From Escherichia coli O157:H7 (GTDB taxonomy: Bacteria; Pseudomonadota; Gammaproteobacteria; Enterobacterales; Enterobacteriaceae): a DNA stretch of 64,000 bases. The notes under the pieces are model-generated. The model saw only the letters and a program-made list of their open reading frames with translations. It was not told the origin of the DNA and ran no database searches. Positions 1 through 11,856 of the stretch are shown in pieces (position 1 is the stretch's first letter; each line of letters opens with the position of its first letter). The DNA lies in NCBI RefSeq assembly GCF_013167455.1, contig NZ_CP038328.1; one strand, 5' to 3'. A program made the translations under genes and the position numbers.

Positions 1-10
1 TTTGTGGCAT
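1..10 (-). CDS. yejL: Extreme 5' end of a minus-strand gene running off the window; reverse complement of 1-10 reads ATG CCA CAA (MPQ), consistent with the start of small protein YejL (UPF0352) divergent from yejK
   Basis: Only 3 codons visible; call rests on the MPQ start and the expected divergent yejK-yejL arrangement recalled from K-12. Confidence 0.3.
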
Positions 11-191
11 AAATCGAAATCAGTTAGTTGATGAAAGGGCAACATATTACCGTAGCAACGGTTTTTTTTCTGCTTTTTTATGCGTTAAATCATTCTCGTT
101 ACGCCGCCTTCTGTAAAATGACCGCCATCTTTTATTGCGTCGCTTAACCGGCGGTGGTTGAATACCGCCCGGTCTTAAAGGAGAGTTTATC

Positions 192-1199
192 ATGAGTCTG
201 GATATCAACCAGATTGCTCTGCACCAGCTTATCAAGCGTGATGAGCAGAACCTTGAGCTGGTGTTGCGCGATTCATTGCTGGAACCGACAGAAACCGTCG
301 TTGAGATGGTAGCAGAACTGCATCGGGTCTATAGCGCCAAAAATAAAGCTTACGGCTTGTTTAGCGAAGAGAGTGAACTGGCGCAGACGCTGCGCTTACA
401 GCGTCAGGGTGAAGAGGACTTTCTGGCATTTAGCCGCGCGGCAACCGGTCGCCTGCGTGACGAATTAGCGAAATATCCTTTTGCTGACGGTGGATTCGTG
501 CTGTTTTGCCACTACCGTTATCTGGCGGTGGAGTATCTGCTGGTGGCAGTCCTGAGCAACCTGAGCAGTATGCGCGTTAACGAAAATCTCGACATCAACC
601 CAACCCATTATCTTGATATCAATCATGCGGATATTGTTGCGCGTATCGATTTAACCGAATGGGAAACCAATCCAGAGTCGACCCGCTATCTCACTTTCCT
701 GAAAGGGCGAGTAGGGCGCAAAGTGGCGGATTTCTTTATGGATTTCCTCGGGGCCAGCGAAGGATTGAACGCGAAAGCGCAAAACCGTGGGCTGTTGCAA
801 GCGGTTGATGATTTCACTGCCGAAGCACAACTGGATAAAGCAGAGCGACAGAACGTGCGCCAGCAGGTTTATAGCTACTGTAATGAGCAGCTGCAGGCAG
901 GCGAAGAGATCGAACTGGAATCGCTGTCGAAAGAGCTGGCAGGCGTCAGCGAAGTGAGCTTCACGGAGTTTGCGGCTGAAAAAGGCTACGAACTGGAAGA
1001 GAGCTTCCCGGCAGACCGTAGCACACTGCGTCAGTTGACGAAGTTTGCCGGTAGCGGCGGTGGCTTGACTATTAATTTTGATGCGATGCTGTTGGGCGAA
1101 CGGATTTTCTGGGATCCGGCGACCGATACCCTGACTATTAAAGGCACGCCGCCGAATTTGCGCGATCAATTGCAGCGCCGGACGTCCGGCGGCAATTAA
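192..1199 (+). CDS. yejK: Nucleoid-associated protein YejK (NdpA)
   Basis: 335-aa [22 protein letters not shown]... recognised as YejK; AGGAG-type RBS upstream (ggagagtttatcATG). Confidence 0.93.
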
Positions 1200-1293
1200 T
1201 CGGTTTTGTGTTATGAATGCCAGATGCGGCGTGAACGCCTTATCTGGCCTGCAAAAAATAGCAATATCGTAATCAGGCATAATCTGCAGATAC

Positions 1294-1321
1294 AAAAAAC
1301 CCCGCCGGAGCGGGGTTTTTT
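1294..1321. terminator. Bidirectional rho-independent terminator shared by convergent yejK and rplY
   Basis: aaaaaa-ccccgccggagcgggg-tttttt: GC stem flanked by A-tract on one side and T-tract on the other. Confidence 0.7.
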
Positions 1322-1337
1322 ACAACTTATTCAGCAA

Positions 1338-1730
<393 letters not shown>

Positions 1731-1746
1731 TCAATCAAAACTACCA

Positions 1747-3507
1747 TTAACCGCGTAATTCGTGCGCCCGACGAAAACGACCTTCGTAATCGAACACTTT
1801 TTCACGCACTTGCCAGTACTGACCTTTCATGCGGGCAACGACAAAATCCGGGTGTCGCAATAAGGCTTGCTGGGCGAGGATATCGGCGGCGGTGATCCAG
1901 CGCAGAGGGATGCCCGGTGTGCGCGTATGCGGGCGGATAAAAAGCTGCTCGAAGGCAGTTCGCTGGGCGGGCGTTTGCAGACGGAAACGCTCACTCACAT
2001 CCGCGCCGTCTTCATCGTAATAGGTGATTTTCAACCATTCGCCTTTCTCGTCGTGCCCATGCTGCAAAGACATGCCGCTACAGCGTAATACCAGCGCATC
2101 TTTCAGTCGTAGCGCCGCTTTTAACATATCATCCGGATCAACCAGTACCGTGTCACATTCGCGGCAGCGGCGAGCGGCAATATCATTTTCTGCGTTACAT
2201 TGCGGGCAATTTTTAAAACGGAAACGGAAGTCACACTGTTCGCGATGACCGTCGTCATCTTCAAACCATCCCTGACAGCGGCGACCAAAGTGTTCAATCA
2301 ATGTCCCGTCGGCGGTCGTTTTCCCCCAAAAGGTGTTGGCAAAACCGCAGGCAGGGCAGAAAACCTGTACCGGAACGTTGTCACTTTTGCCTTTCGGTGT
2401 ACCAACTTCCGGCGCGTAGAGATCGTGAGGATTACCCGCATAATCAAGAATTAAGCAATCAGTCTTGCCAGGAGCGAGACGCAGACCGCGCCCGACAATT
2501 TGTTGGTAAAGACTCACTGATTCGGTAGGGCGCAGAATGGCGATAAGATCGACGTGCGGGGCGTCAAATCCGGTGGTCAGTACCGCGACGTTGACCAGAT
2601 AGCGAAAACGCTGGGCTTTAAAATCTTCAATTAACACATCGCGCTCAGCGCCGGGGGTGTCGCCAGTAATCAGTGCAGCATCTTCGGCGGGTAGTAATCC
2701 CACAATCTCTTTTGCGTGTTCAACGGTGGCGGCGAAAATCATCACCCCTTTGCGCGTTGCAGCAAACTCCATAATCTGGCTGATGATGTGCGGGGTAATA
2801 CGTTGTTGTTTTTTTAGCTCGCGGTTGAGATCGGCTTCGCTGAATAGCCCGTTACTCTGTGCCTGCAAGCGGCTGAAATCGTATTGCACTACTGGCATAT
2901 CCAGTCGTTCTGGCGGCGTCAGATAGCCGTGTTTAATCATATAACGCAGCGGCAGTTCATAAATGCAGTCACGGAAAAGGGCTTTCTCATCGCCGCGTAC
3001 CATGCCGTGATAATGGAACTGGTAGATCCAGCCTTTGCCCAGTCGAAAAGGCGTGGCAGTCAGCCCCAGCAGGCGTAAGTGGGGATTCACTTTTGTCAGG
3101 TGAGTGAGGATTTGCTGATACTGGCTCTCTTCATCGTCACCAATACGGTGACATTCATCGACAATCAACAGCGAAAATTCACCCTGAAAGGCATCAAGAT
3201 TACGGGCGACCGACTGCACGCTGCCAAATACCACTTTACCGTGGCTCTCTTTGCGCTTTAGCCCGGCGGCAAAAATATCGGCTTCCAGCCCCAGCGCCTG
3301 ATACTTTGCATGGTTTTGCGCCACCAGTTCTTTAACGTGTGCCAGCACCAGCACGCGACCACGAGCCAGCCGCGCAAGTTCCGCTATCACCAGGCTTTTA
3401 CCTGCACCGGTGGGCAGCACGATAACGGCAGGGGTTTTATGACGACGAAAATGGTTGAGCGTGGCATCCACGGCTTCTTGCTGATATGGGCGGAGTGTAA
3501 AAATCAT
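1747..3507 (-). CDS. radD: ATP-dependent DNA repair helicase RadD (YejH), SF2 helicase with C-terminal zinc-finger region
   Basis: 586-aa ORF with Walker A (PTGAGKS), DECH box and cysteine-rich C-terminal part. Confidence 0.92.
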   Translation of the reverse strand: MIFTLRPYQQEAVDATLNHFRRHKTPAVIVLPTGAGKSLVIAELARLARGRVLVLAHVKELVAQNHAKYQALGLEADIFAAGLKRKESHGKVVFGSVQSVARNLDAFQGEFSLLIVDECHRIGDDEESQYQQILTHLTKVNPHLRLLGLTATPFRLGKGWIYQFHYHGMVRGDEKALFRDCIYELPLRYMIKHGYLTPPERLDMPVVQYDFSRLQAQSNGLFSEADLNRELKKQQRITPHIISQIMEFAATRKGVMIFAATVEHAKEIVGLLPAEDAALITGDTPGAERDVLIEDFKAQRFRYLVNVAVLTTGFDAPHVDLIAILRPTESVSLYQQIVGRGLRLAPGKTDCLILDYAGNPHDLYAPEVGTPKGKSDNVPVQVFCPACGFANTFWGKTTADGTLIEHFGRRCQGWFEDDDGHREQCDFRFRFKNCPQCNAENDIAARRCRECDTVLVDPDDMLKAALRLKDALVLRCSGMSLQHGHDEKGEWLKITYYDEDGADVSERFRLQTPAQRTAFEQLFIRPHTRTPGIPLRWITAADILAQQALLRHPDFVVARMKGQYWQVREKVFDYEGRFRRAHELRG

Positions 3508-3655
3508 GGTCTCGCGTAGGTAGATTATTCTGCTAATAGTATGCCACGGTTCTTTTTCCCTTGAGGGAAGTTATTAGACCGCTATACTGGGCAGACAACA
3601 GTTCAGATTTTCGGGTCAATGCCCGACCTCCGTTTTTACAGGCAAAATCACACAC

Positions 3656-4351
3656 ATGCGACTTGATAAATTTATCGCACAGCAACTCGGCGTTAGCCGT
3701 GCTATTGCCGGGCGTGAAATCCGCGGCAATCGTGTCACCGTCGATGGCGAAATCGTCCGTAATGCAGCGTTCAAACTGCTTCCTGAACATGATGTCGCTT
3801 ACGATGGCAACCCGCTGGCGCAGCAACACGGTCCACGTTACTTCATGCTCAATAAGCCTCAGGGCTATGTTTGCTCCACGGACGACCCTGATCACCCAAC
3901 GGTGCTCTATTTTCTAGATGAACCAGTGGCGTGGAAACTGCACGCCGCAGGGCGGCTGGATATCGATACCACCGGTCTGGTACTAATGACAGATGATGGT
4001 CAGTGGTCGCACCGCATTACTTCTCCGCGCCATCATTGCGAGAAGACCTATCTGGTGACGCTGGAATCACCCGTAGCTGACGATACGGCAGAGCAATTTG
4101 CTAAAGGCGTGCAGCTGCATAACGAAAAAGATCTCACTAAGCCAGCGGTGCTTGAAGTGATTACCCCAACGCAGGTTCGTCTGACCATCAGCGAAGGGCG
4201 TTATCATCAGGTGAAACGCATGTTCGCCGCCGTGGGTAACCATGTGGTTGAGCTGCATCGTGAACGTATTGGCGGCATTACGCTGGATGCTGATTTAGCC
4301 CCCGGTGAATATCGTCCGTTAACTGAAGAAGAAATTGCCAGCGTCGTCTAA
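3656..4351 (+). CDS. rsuA: 16S rRNA pseudouridine(516) synthase
   Basis: 231-aa ORF with N-terminal S4 domain ([15 protein letters not shown]) and RsuA-family catalytic core. Confidence 0.93.
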
Positions 4352-4378
4352 CTTTTCAATGACTTTCAGGAGCCCGTT

Positions 4379-5569
4379 GTGACCACCCGACAGCATTCGT
4401 CGTTTGCTATTGTTTTTATCCTTGGCCTGCTGGCCATGTTGATGCCGCTGTCGATTGATATGTATCTGCCCGCGCTACCGGTAATTTCAGCGCAGTTTGG
4501 CGTACCGGCGGGCAGTACGCAGATGACCCTCAGTACTTATATTCTGGGCTTTGCGTTGGGGCAGTTAATCTACGGGCCGATGGCAGACAGCTTCGGGCGT
4601 AAGCCGGTGGTTCTTGGCGGTACGCTGGTGTTTGCCGCCGCCGCGGTGGCGTGTGCGTTGGCACAAACCATCGATCAGCTGATTGTGATGCGTTTCTTCC
4701 ACGGGCTGGCGGCGGCTGCGGCCAGCGTGGTTATCAACGCTTTGATGCGTGATATCTACCCGAAAGAAGAGTTCTCGCGGATGATGTCGTTTGTCATGCT
4801 GGTGACGACCATTGCACCGCTGATGGCACCGATAGTTGGCGGCTGGGTGCTGGTGTGGCTGAGCTGGCATTACATCTTCTGGATCCTCGCCGTGGCGGCG
4901 ATTCTGGCTTCGGCAATGATCTTCTTTCTGATCAAAGAAACCTTACCACCGGAGCGTCGCCAGCCTTTTCACATTCGTACCACTATTGGTAACTTTGCGG
5001 CGCTGTTCCGTCATAAGCGTGTCCTGAGTTATATGCTGGCCAGTGGTTTCAGCTTTGCCGGGATGTTCTCGTTCTTAAGCGCCGGACCGTTTGTCTACAT
5101 TGAAATTAACCACGTCGCGCCGGAAAACTTTGGTTATTACTTTGCACTAAACATTGTTTTCCTGTTCGTGATGACCATCTTTAATAGCCGCTTCGTCCGC
5201 CGTATTGGCGCGTTAAATATGTTCCGCTCGGGGTTGTGGATACAATTTATTATGGCAGCGTGGATGGTCATCAGTGCGCTGCTGGGTCTGGGATTTTGGT
5301 CGCTGGTGGTTGGCGTTGCGGCGTTTGTGGGCTGCGTGTCGATGGTGTCATCCAATGCGATGGCGGTCATTCTTGATGAGTTTCCCCATATGGCGGGAAC
5401 GGCATCTTCGCTGGCAGGAACCTTCCGTTTTGGCATAGGGGCAATTGTTGGCGCATTGCTTTCTCTTGCGACCTTTAACTCTGCATGGCCGATGATTTGG
5501 TCAATTGCATTCTGCGCAACCAGCTCCATTCTCTTCTGTCTGTACGCCAGTCGGCCGAAAAAACGGTGA
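4379..5569 (+). CDS. bcr: Bicyclomycin/multidrug efflux MFS transporter (GTG start)
   Basis: 396-aa hydrophobic 12-TM ORF; GTG at 4379 preceded by caggag RBS; 27 bp downstream of rsuA. Confidence 0.9.
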   Translation: MTTRQHSSFAIVFILGLLAMLMPLSIDMYLPALPVISAQFGVPAGSTQMTLSTYILGFALGQLIYGPMADSFGRKPVVLGGTLVFAAAAVACALAQTIDQLIVMRFFHGLAAAAASVVINALMRDIYPKEEFSRMMSFVMLVTTIAPLMAPIVGGWVLVWLSWHYIFWILAVAAILASAMIFFLIKETLPPERRQPFHIRTTIGNFAALFRHKRVLSYMLASGFSFAGMFSFLSAGPFVYIEINHVAPENFGYYFALNIVFLFVMTIFNSRFVRRIGALNMFRSGLWIQFIMAAWMVISALLGLGFWSLVVGVAAFVGCVSMVSSNAMAVILDEFPHMAGTASSLAGTFRFGIGAIVGALLSLATFNSAWPMIWSIAFCATSSILFCLYASRPKKR

Positions 5570-5583
5570 TCTATTGCACAACG

Positions 5584-5608
5584 AGGAAGCTAAAAGGCTT
5601 CCTTTGTT
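5584..5608 (+). terminator. Rho-independent terminator after bcr
   Basis: aggaagc-taaaag-gcttcct stem-loop followed by ttgttg. Confidence 0.55.
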
Positions 5609-5901
5609 GATGCATGTCAACCACAAATCTATCATTCCCCCGATATATGTTTATTTTATGTAAAATCAATTTATGTAAAAAGTCACATCATTGTAGTTAA
5701 AAAGGTTGAGTTAGATCGCAGAAACGGGTACATATAGCCCCGCAAACGTGACCACGCCCGCAGATATTACTTAAATCAGAGCCATAGAGGCCACGCAGGC
5801 GAGGCATCAATCTTTACGATCTGTATAAAGACGGATTGTTGATGATGTGTTAAAATTGATGTAAACAAATTGTGAAGTAAATGTGCTTCCGGGGAAAATA
5901 A

Positions 5902-6246
5902 GTGACTTCATTACAACTCTCAATCGTCCATCGACTGCCGCAGAACTATCGCTGGTCTGCTGGTTTCGCAGGTTCGAAGGTTGAACCGATTCCGCAAAAT
6001 GGACCGTGCGGTGACAACAGCCTGGTGGCGCTTAAATTGCTTAGCCCGGATGGTGATAATGCATGGTCGGTGATGTATAAACTAAGCCAGGCGTTAGGCG
6101 ACATCGAAGTTCCATGTTCGGTGCTGGAGTGTGAAGGTGAGCCGTGCCTGTTTGTAAATCGCCAGGACGAGTTTGCTGCAACATGCCGATTGAAAAATTT
6201 TGGTGTGGCAATTGCCGAACCCTTTTCAAACTACAATCCTTTTTAA
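5902..6246 (+). CDS. yejG: Uncharacterised protein YejG
   Basis: 114-aa [21 protein letters not shown]... recognised as YejG. Confidence 0.85.
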   Translation: MTSLQLSIVHRLPQNYRWSAGFAGSKVEPIPQNGPCGDNSLVALKLLSPDGDNAWSVMYKLSQALGDIEVPCSVLECEGEPCLFVNRQDEFAATCRLKNFGVAIAEPFSNYNPF

Positions 6247-6249
6247 GCG

Positions 6250-7839
6250 TCAGCTCAACGCCAGTAGCTGACGCGTATACTCCTGCTGCGGTGTGGCAAA
6301 CACGCGCGCGCACGGTCCTTGTTCCACTACTTCCCCTTGTCGCAGTACGATAACCTGATGACATAACGCGCGGACAACGTGCAAATCGTGGCTGATAAAC
6401 AAATAGGCCAGTTGATGCTTTTGTTGCAATGATTTCAATAGCGTCAATATTTGCGCCTGTACCGTTTTGTCGAGTGATGATGTCGGTTCATCAAGTATGA
6501 TCAGCGAGGGCTTAAGAATTAATGCCCTGGCAATCGCAATACGTTGTCGCTGACCACCAGAGAACTCCGCCGGATAACGGTGGCGTGTTTCAGGATCTAA
6601 TCCCACTTCATGCATCACGTCTATCACTTGTTGTTCGCGTTGTGCGGCAGAAAGCGTCGGCTGGTGAACCCGTAAGCCTTCCTCAATAATCTGCAAAACG
6701 TTGAGTCGTGGGTTGAGCGAGGAGTTTGGATCCTGAAATACCACCTGAATGCGATGACGAATAGGTAACAGCTGGCGGCGATTTAAATTTTGCAGTGGCT
6801 GACCGTCAAAGATGATGCTGCCCTGAGAATTAATCAGTCGCAGCAGCGCCAGTCCCGTCGTGCTTTTCCCGGAACCGGACTCGCCCACTAAACCCAGTGT
6901 TTCACCCGCTCGTAGCGTAAAACTGATGTTTTTCACCACCACATTATGATCCACAATGCGCTTCAAAATCCCTTTGCGAATGGGGAAGGCAACCTGAAGC
7001 TGTTCAACATCCAGCAACGTTGAGGCAGGTTCTGGCAACGGCACTGGATCGCCTGACGGTTCACTGTTGAGTAGCTTTTGTGTGTAAGGATGAGTGGGTG
7101 AGGCAAATAGCGTAGCGGCGTAATTTTGCTCGACACAGCGACCGTTTTGCATTACCGCCACGCGGTGGGCCAGTTTTCTGACAATGCTGAGGTTATGAGT
7201 AATAAACAGCATGCCCATATTCAACTCGCCTTGCAGTTCGCGCAACAGCTGTAAAATCTGCGCCTGGACAGAGACGTCCAGTGCGGTGGTCGGTTCATCG
7301 GCAATTAATAATTCCGGTCGCGTTAACAGCGCCATCGCAATCATCACCCGCTGGCGTTCGCCGCCGGAGAGCTGATGCGGATAATCTGTCAGCCGTTTTG
7401 CCGCCTGGCGGATACCAACGCGATCAAGGCAGTTAAGAATTTCGCCACGAGCCGCTTCCCGACGCATCCCGCGGTGGAGTGAAAGCACTTCATAAAGCTG
7501 TTTTTCCAGGGTATGCAATGGATTTAACGACACCATCGGCTCTTGAAAAATCATGGCGATCTTATTACCGCGTACACCGCGCAACGTTTGGTCGCTGGCA
7601 TGAAGCAGCGATTCGCCATGAAAACGAATATCGCCGGAGAGATATTCAACCGGCGGGGAAGGGAGCAGGCGTAAAATTGACAGCGCGGTAACGCTTTTGC
7701 CTGAACCTGACTCACCCACCAGCGCCAGCGTTTCGCCAGCCTCAATCTGTAGTGAAACATCATTGACTACTGTACGTACGGTTTGCTGATGGCGAAAACC
7801 CACCGACAAATCTTCAATCGCTAACAGAGTTTGCGTCAT
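6250..7839 (-). CDS. yejF: ABC transporter ATP-binding protein with duplicated ATPase domains (YejABEF peptide/microcin C uptake system)
   Basis: Two Walker A motifs (GESGSGKS twice) and two LSGG signature motifs; start placed at MTQTLLAIEDL (ATG 7837-7839) rather than the 545-aa ORF start. Confidence 0.9.
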   Translation of the reverse strand: MTQTLLAIEDLSVGFRHQQTVRTVVNDVSLQIEAGETLALVGESGSGKSVTALSILRLLPSPPVEYLSGDIRFHGESLLHASDQTLRGVRGNKIAMIFQEPMVSLNPLHTLEKQLYEVLSLHRGMRREAARGEILNCLDRVGIRQAAKRLTDYPHQLSGGERQRVMIAMALLTRPELLIADEPTTALDVSVQAQILQLLRELQGELNMGMLFITHNLSIVRKLAHRVAVMQNGRCVEQNYAATLFASPTHPYTQKLLNSEPSGDPVPLPEPASTLLDVEQLQVAFPIRKGILKRIVDHNVVVKNISFTLRAGETLGLVGESGSGKSTTGLALLRLINSQGSIIFDGQPLQNLNRRQLLPIRHRIQVVFQDPNSSLNPRLNVLQIIEEGLRVHQPTLSAAQREQQVIDVMHEVGLDPETRHRYPAEFSGGQRQRIAIARALILKPSLIILDEPTSSLDKTVQAQILTLLKSLQQKHQLAYLFISHDLHVVRALCHQVIVLRQGEVVEQGPCARVFATPQQEYTRQLLALS

Positions 7840-7840
7840 G

Positions 7841-8866
7841 CTACACCGCCTTATTAGGATCAAATGCGTCGCGGACGGCTTCACCAATAAAGATCAGCAA
7901 AGACAATAATATCGCCACCGACAAGAAGGCGGTGATCCCAAGCCACGGAGCCTGAAGGTTATTTTTCCCTTGTAACAGCAGTTCACCGAGTGACGGTGAA
8001 CCGAGCGGCAGACCGAAGCCGAGGAAATCGAGTGAGGTCAGGGTGGTGATCGAACTACATAAAATAAACGGTAAAAAGGTGAGGGTAGCGACCATTGCAT
8101 TCGGCAACATATGACGCAGAATAATACTGCGATCGCTGACGCCAAGCGCCTGTGCCGCGCGGATGTAGTCGAAATTGCGGGTACGTAAAAACTCCGCCCG
8201 CACCACGCCGACCAGACTCATCCAGCCAAATAAGACAGTAATTGCCAGCAGCCACCAGAAGTTAGGTTGCACAACGCTGGAAAGCAGAATAATCAAAAAC
8301 AGCGTTGGCATCCCCGACCATACTTCAATAAAGCGCTGCCCCCAGAGATCGACCTTACCGCCGTAATAGCCTTGTAGCGCCCCCGCCAGCACGCCCATCA
8401 CGCTGGAACAGAGAGTCAGCATCAGGCCAAACAGAACCGAGATCCGCGTGCCATAGAGAATACGTGCCAGCACATCGCCGCCGTTGGCATCCGTTCCCAG
8501 CCAGTTTTGCCGGGAGGGGGGAGAAGGGAAGGGCTTATCGGTAGCAAAGTTGATACTGGTAGCACCAAAGCGAATCGGTGCCCACAGTACCCAGCCATTA
8601 TTTTCCAGCCGTTGTTTCAGCCACGGGTCCTGATAATCAGCCTGACTTGCCAGCGGGCCGCCAAAATCGCTTTCGCTGTAGTTTTTCAACAACGGGAAAT
8701 ACCAACTGCCGTCATAACGCACCAGCAACGGTTTATCGTTGGCGATAAGTTCAGAACACAAACTCAAACCAAACAAAACGAGGAAAATCCATAACGACCA
8801 GTAGCCGCGACGGTTATGGCGAAAACGCGCCCAACGGGCCTGATTGACGGGGTTGAGTCGCGACAT
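7841..8866 (-). CDS. yejE: ABC transporter permease (YejABEF system)
   Basis: 341-aa multi-TM ORF; stop directly abuts yejF start. Confidence 0.9.
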   Translation of the reverse strand: MSRLNPVNQARWARFRHNRRGYWSLWIFLVLFGLSLCSELIANDKPLLVRYDGSWYFPLLKNYSESDFGGPLASQADYQDPWLKQRLENNGWVLWAPIRFGATSINFATDKPFPSPPSRQNWLGTDANGGDVLARILYGTRISVLFGLMLTLCSSVMGVLAGALQGYYGGKVDLWGQRFIEVWSGMPTLFLIILLSSVVQPNFWWLLAITVLFGWMSLVGVVRAEFLRTRNFDYIRAAQALGVSDRSIILRHMLPNAMVATLTFLPFILCSSITTLTSLDFLGFGLPLGSPSLGELLLQGKNNLQAPWLGITAFLSVAILLSLLIFIGEAVRDAFDPNKAV

Positions 8867-9960
8867 TAACGTCCCTCAAAATCTATACGCGGATCGACCA
8901 GCGTATAGCTGATATCACTGACAATATTCAGCAGCAGGCCAATCAGGGTGAAAATATACAAGGTACCAAACATTACAGGATAATCGCGCGAGACGGTCGC
9001 TTCGTAGCCCAGTAAGCCAAGACCATTGAGTGAAAACATCACCTCAATCAGCAGCGAGCCGGTAAAAAACATGCTGATAAACGTCGCCGGAAAACCGGCA
9101 ATCACCAGCAGCATGGCGTTGCGGAACACATGTTTCCAGAGAATATTTTTTTCACTTACCCCTTTCGCACGCGCGGTCACCACGTATTGCTTGCGTACTT
9201 CATCAAGGAATGAGTTTTTTGTCAGCATAGTCAGCGCCGCAAAGCCACCAATCACCGTCGCCAGCACCGGCAGCGTGATATGCCACAGATAATCGGTGAT
9301 TTTCTGATACCACGGCAGCGAATCAAAGTTAGCGGAAACCAGGCCGCGTAGAGGGAACAGGTCGAAATAGCTGCCGCCTGCGAAGAAGACAATCAGCAGG
9401 ATGGCAAACAAAAAGGCCGGAATGGCGTAGCCGATGATGATAAATGCGCTACTCCAGACGTCAAAGCGGCTCCCATTATAAACAGCTTTGCGAATGCCTA
9501 ACGGAATCGACACCAGATAGATAATCAGCGTGCTCCACAATCCGAGGGTGATGGAAACCGGCAGACTGTCTTTAATCAGCGTCAGCACCGAGGCGCTGCG
9601 AAACAGGCTATCGCCAAAATCAAAGCGGATGTAGTCCCAGAGCATTTTGAAGTAACGTTCGTGGATCGGCTTATCGAAACCGTAGCGATGAGTGATCTCG
9701 GCGATCACTTCTGGATCTAATCCGCGTCCGCCACGGTAATTACTGTCGCTGATATTACCGACGCCCGTTTGCGCATGGCTGGCGCGAACGCCTTCACCGC
9801 CTGCGCCGGGTAATACTCCGGCATTACCAAACTCAATGGCGGCGATGGCCTGGTCGACCGGACCGCCAGGCGCAATTTGCACGATGAAAAAGTTGATAGT
9901 GATAATCGCCCATAACGTTGGGATCACCAGCAACAGACGGCGAATCAGATAAGCGCCCAT
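8866..9960 (-). CDS. yejB: ABC transporter permease (YejABEF system)
   Basis: 364-aa multi-TM ORF; overlaps yejE start by 1 nt. Confidence 0.9.
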
Positions 9961-11775
9961 CTACTCTCCCTGTTGTCTGGCTGACGGCAGTTTGGCCGCT
10001 TTATTAACATCATACCACCAGGTATCGATACCCAGACTGTAAACAGGGCGCACAGCGGGTTGGGAGAATTTATCCCACCAGGCGAGACGGTCTTCCGCCA
10101 TGTACCACATTGGCAGCATGTAATAATTCCACGTTAATACGCGATCCAGTGCTCGCCCTAACGGCAGTAATTTTTCTTTATTTCCCTGCGCGGCAATAAT
10201 TTGGTTGATCAGCGAGTCGATAACCGGGCTTTGCACGCCGGGGGCATTATAAGTGGAATTGATATATTCCGATGACCAGGAAATCTGTAAATCGGAACTG
10301 GGCCACGGCATCGCCCGCCATAGGCGCGGCATCATGTCATAGTCGCGACTGCGCATGCGGTTGGTGATTTGCGAGTGATCCACCTTGCGAATGTCCATGT
10401 TGATACCCAGCCGTTGCAGGCTGTGCTGGAACGGCAATACCCACTGACTATTGCTGCTTGCAGGAAGCAATAATTCAAAGCTGAGCGGCTGACCCGTAGT
10501 GGCATTAACGCGTTGCTGACCTTTCAGCACCCAGCCCGCTTCGTTGAGAAGTTTGTCGGCTTTTAACAGGTTGTCACGATCGTAGCCATCGCCTTTCGAT
10601 ACCGGCGGCTGGTAGATTTGTGTGAAGACTTCTGGCGGTAAATCTTTTTTCATTGGTGCCAGAAGCACCAGCTCCGCGGCGTCGGGGTAATTTCTGGCCG
10701 CGTATTCGGTATTCTGAAAATAACTGTTCGTGCGACTCCAGGCATTGTAAAACAACGCCTTGTTCATCCATTCAAAGTCAAAGGCGAGGGTGATTGCTTC
10801 CCGGACCCGGCGATCGCTGAATACCGGACGTTGGATATTAAACGCCAGCCAGCGCGTATCCTGGGCTGATTCGTTCTTTTGCTCATCTTTGATGATGTAT
10901 TTTTTATCGAAATTTTTACCGCTATAGCGTGTGGCCCAGTTTTTGGCGTCGTTTTCCATACGCAAATCAAAGGCACCTGCTTTAAACGCTTCAAAGGCGA
11001 CATTATCATCGAGGTAATAATCGTAGCGAATGGTGTCGAAATTCCAGCGTCCACGGTTTACCGGTAAGTTTGCTGCCCAGTAATCTTTCACGCGGGAATA
11101 GACAATATTTTGCCCCATTTTCCAGGACGTAATTCGGTACGGACCACTGGCAAGCGGAGGCGTGGCGAGCGGATCGCTAAGTTTGTGATCCTTCCAGTAC
11201 TTTTCTGGAAATACCGGCAGCGAAAACAGACTCAACATATCTTCTTTGCCGGGTTTAGCTAACTCAATGCGCACGGTTAACGGCGCAATGGCTTTGACGG
11301 TGGTGCCTTTGTAGACCAGACGAAATTGCGGCACGCCTTCAGTCATAAATTTTTGAAAAGTAAACTCTACATCGCGGGCAGTAATGGGCGAACCATCATG
11401 AAAACGGGCGCGAGGATTAATAGCGACCTCCACCCAGGAATAATCGTCAGCATAGCGTGCGCTTTCAGCAATCAGCGGGTAATAACTGCCTGGTTCGTCA
11501 TCGGAAGTCGTAAATAGCGTGTCGTACAGCTGCTCGGTGCGTGCGCCCGGGTTGCCGCGCAGTGCATAGCGGTTGAAATTATCGAAGGTACCGAGGGCTG
11601 ACAACGTTATCTGCCCACCTTTTGGCGCGGCGGGGTTCACATAATCAAAATGGTTGAAATTAAACGCGTACCGGGGTTCGCCCAGCACGGCAAAGGCATA
11701 GCTTTCCTTGATAGCCTGCGCCTGCGCACCAAAGGTGAACAGAGCGATAAACAGCAGCAGTATGCGCACAATCAT
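9961..11775 (-). CDS. yejA: Periplasmic substrate-binding protein of the YejABEF ABC transporter
   Basis: Signal peptide [21 protein letters not shown], family 5 SBP-like; track ORF starts at an upstream TTG, ATG at 11773-11775 preferred. Confidence 0.88.
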
Positions 11776-11856
11776 CTGCAACGGATTTCCTTTTACTCAT
11801 CATTAGCCGCAATCCGGCATGCTTTCACTATGAATAATAAGGGACGTAAGCACACC

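Noticed and set aside
651-1295. Long antisense or alternative-frame ORFs inside recognised genes (for example 651-1295, 22706-23416, 26986-27834, 33531-34133, 37970-38821, 48067-48807, 54766-55281, 58997-59608)
   Set aside because: They lie wholly within or opposite well-recognised genes, have low-complexity Arg/Pro/Ala-rich translations typical of GC-rich shadow frames, and have no RBS or recognisable domains
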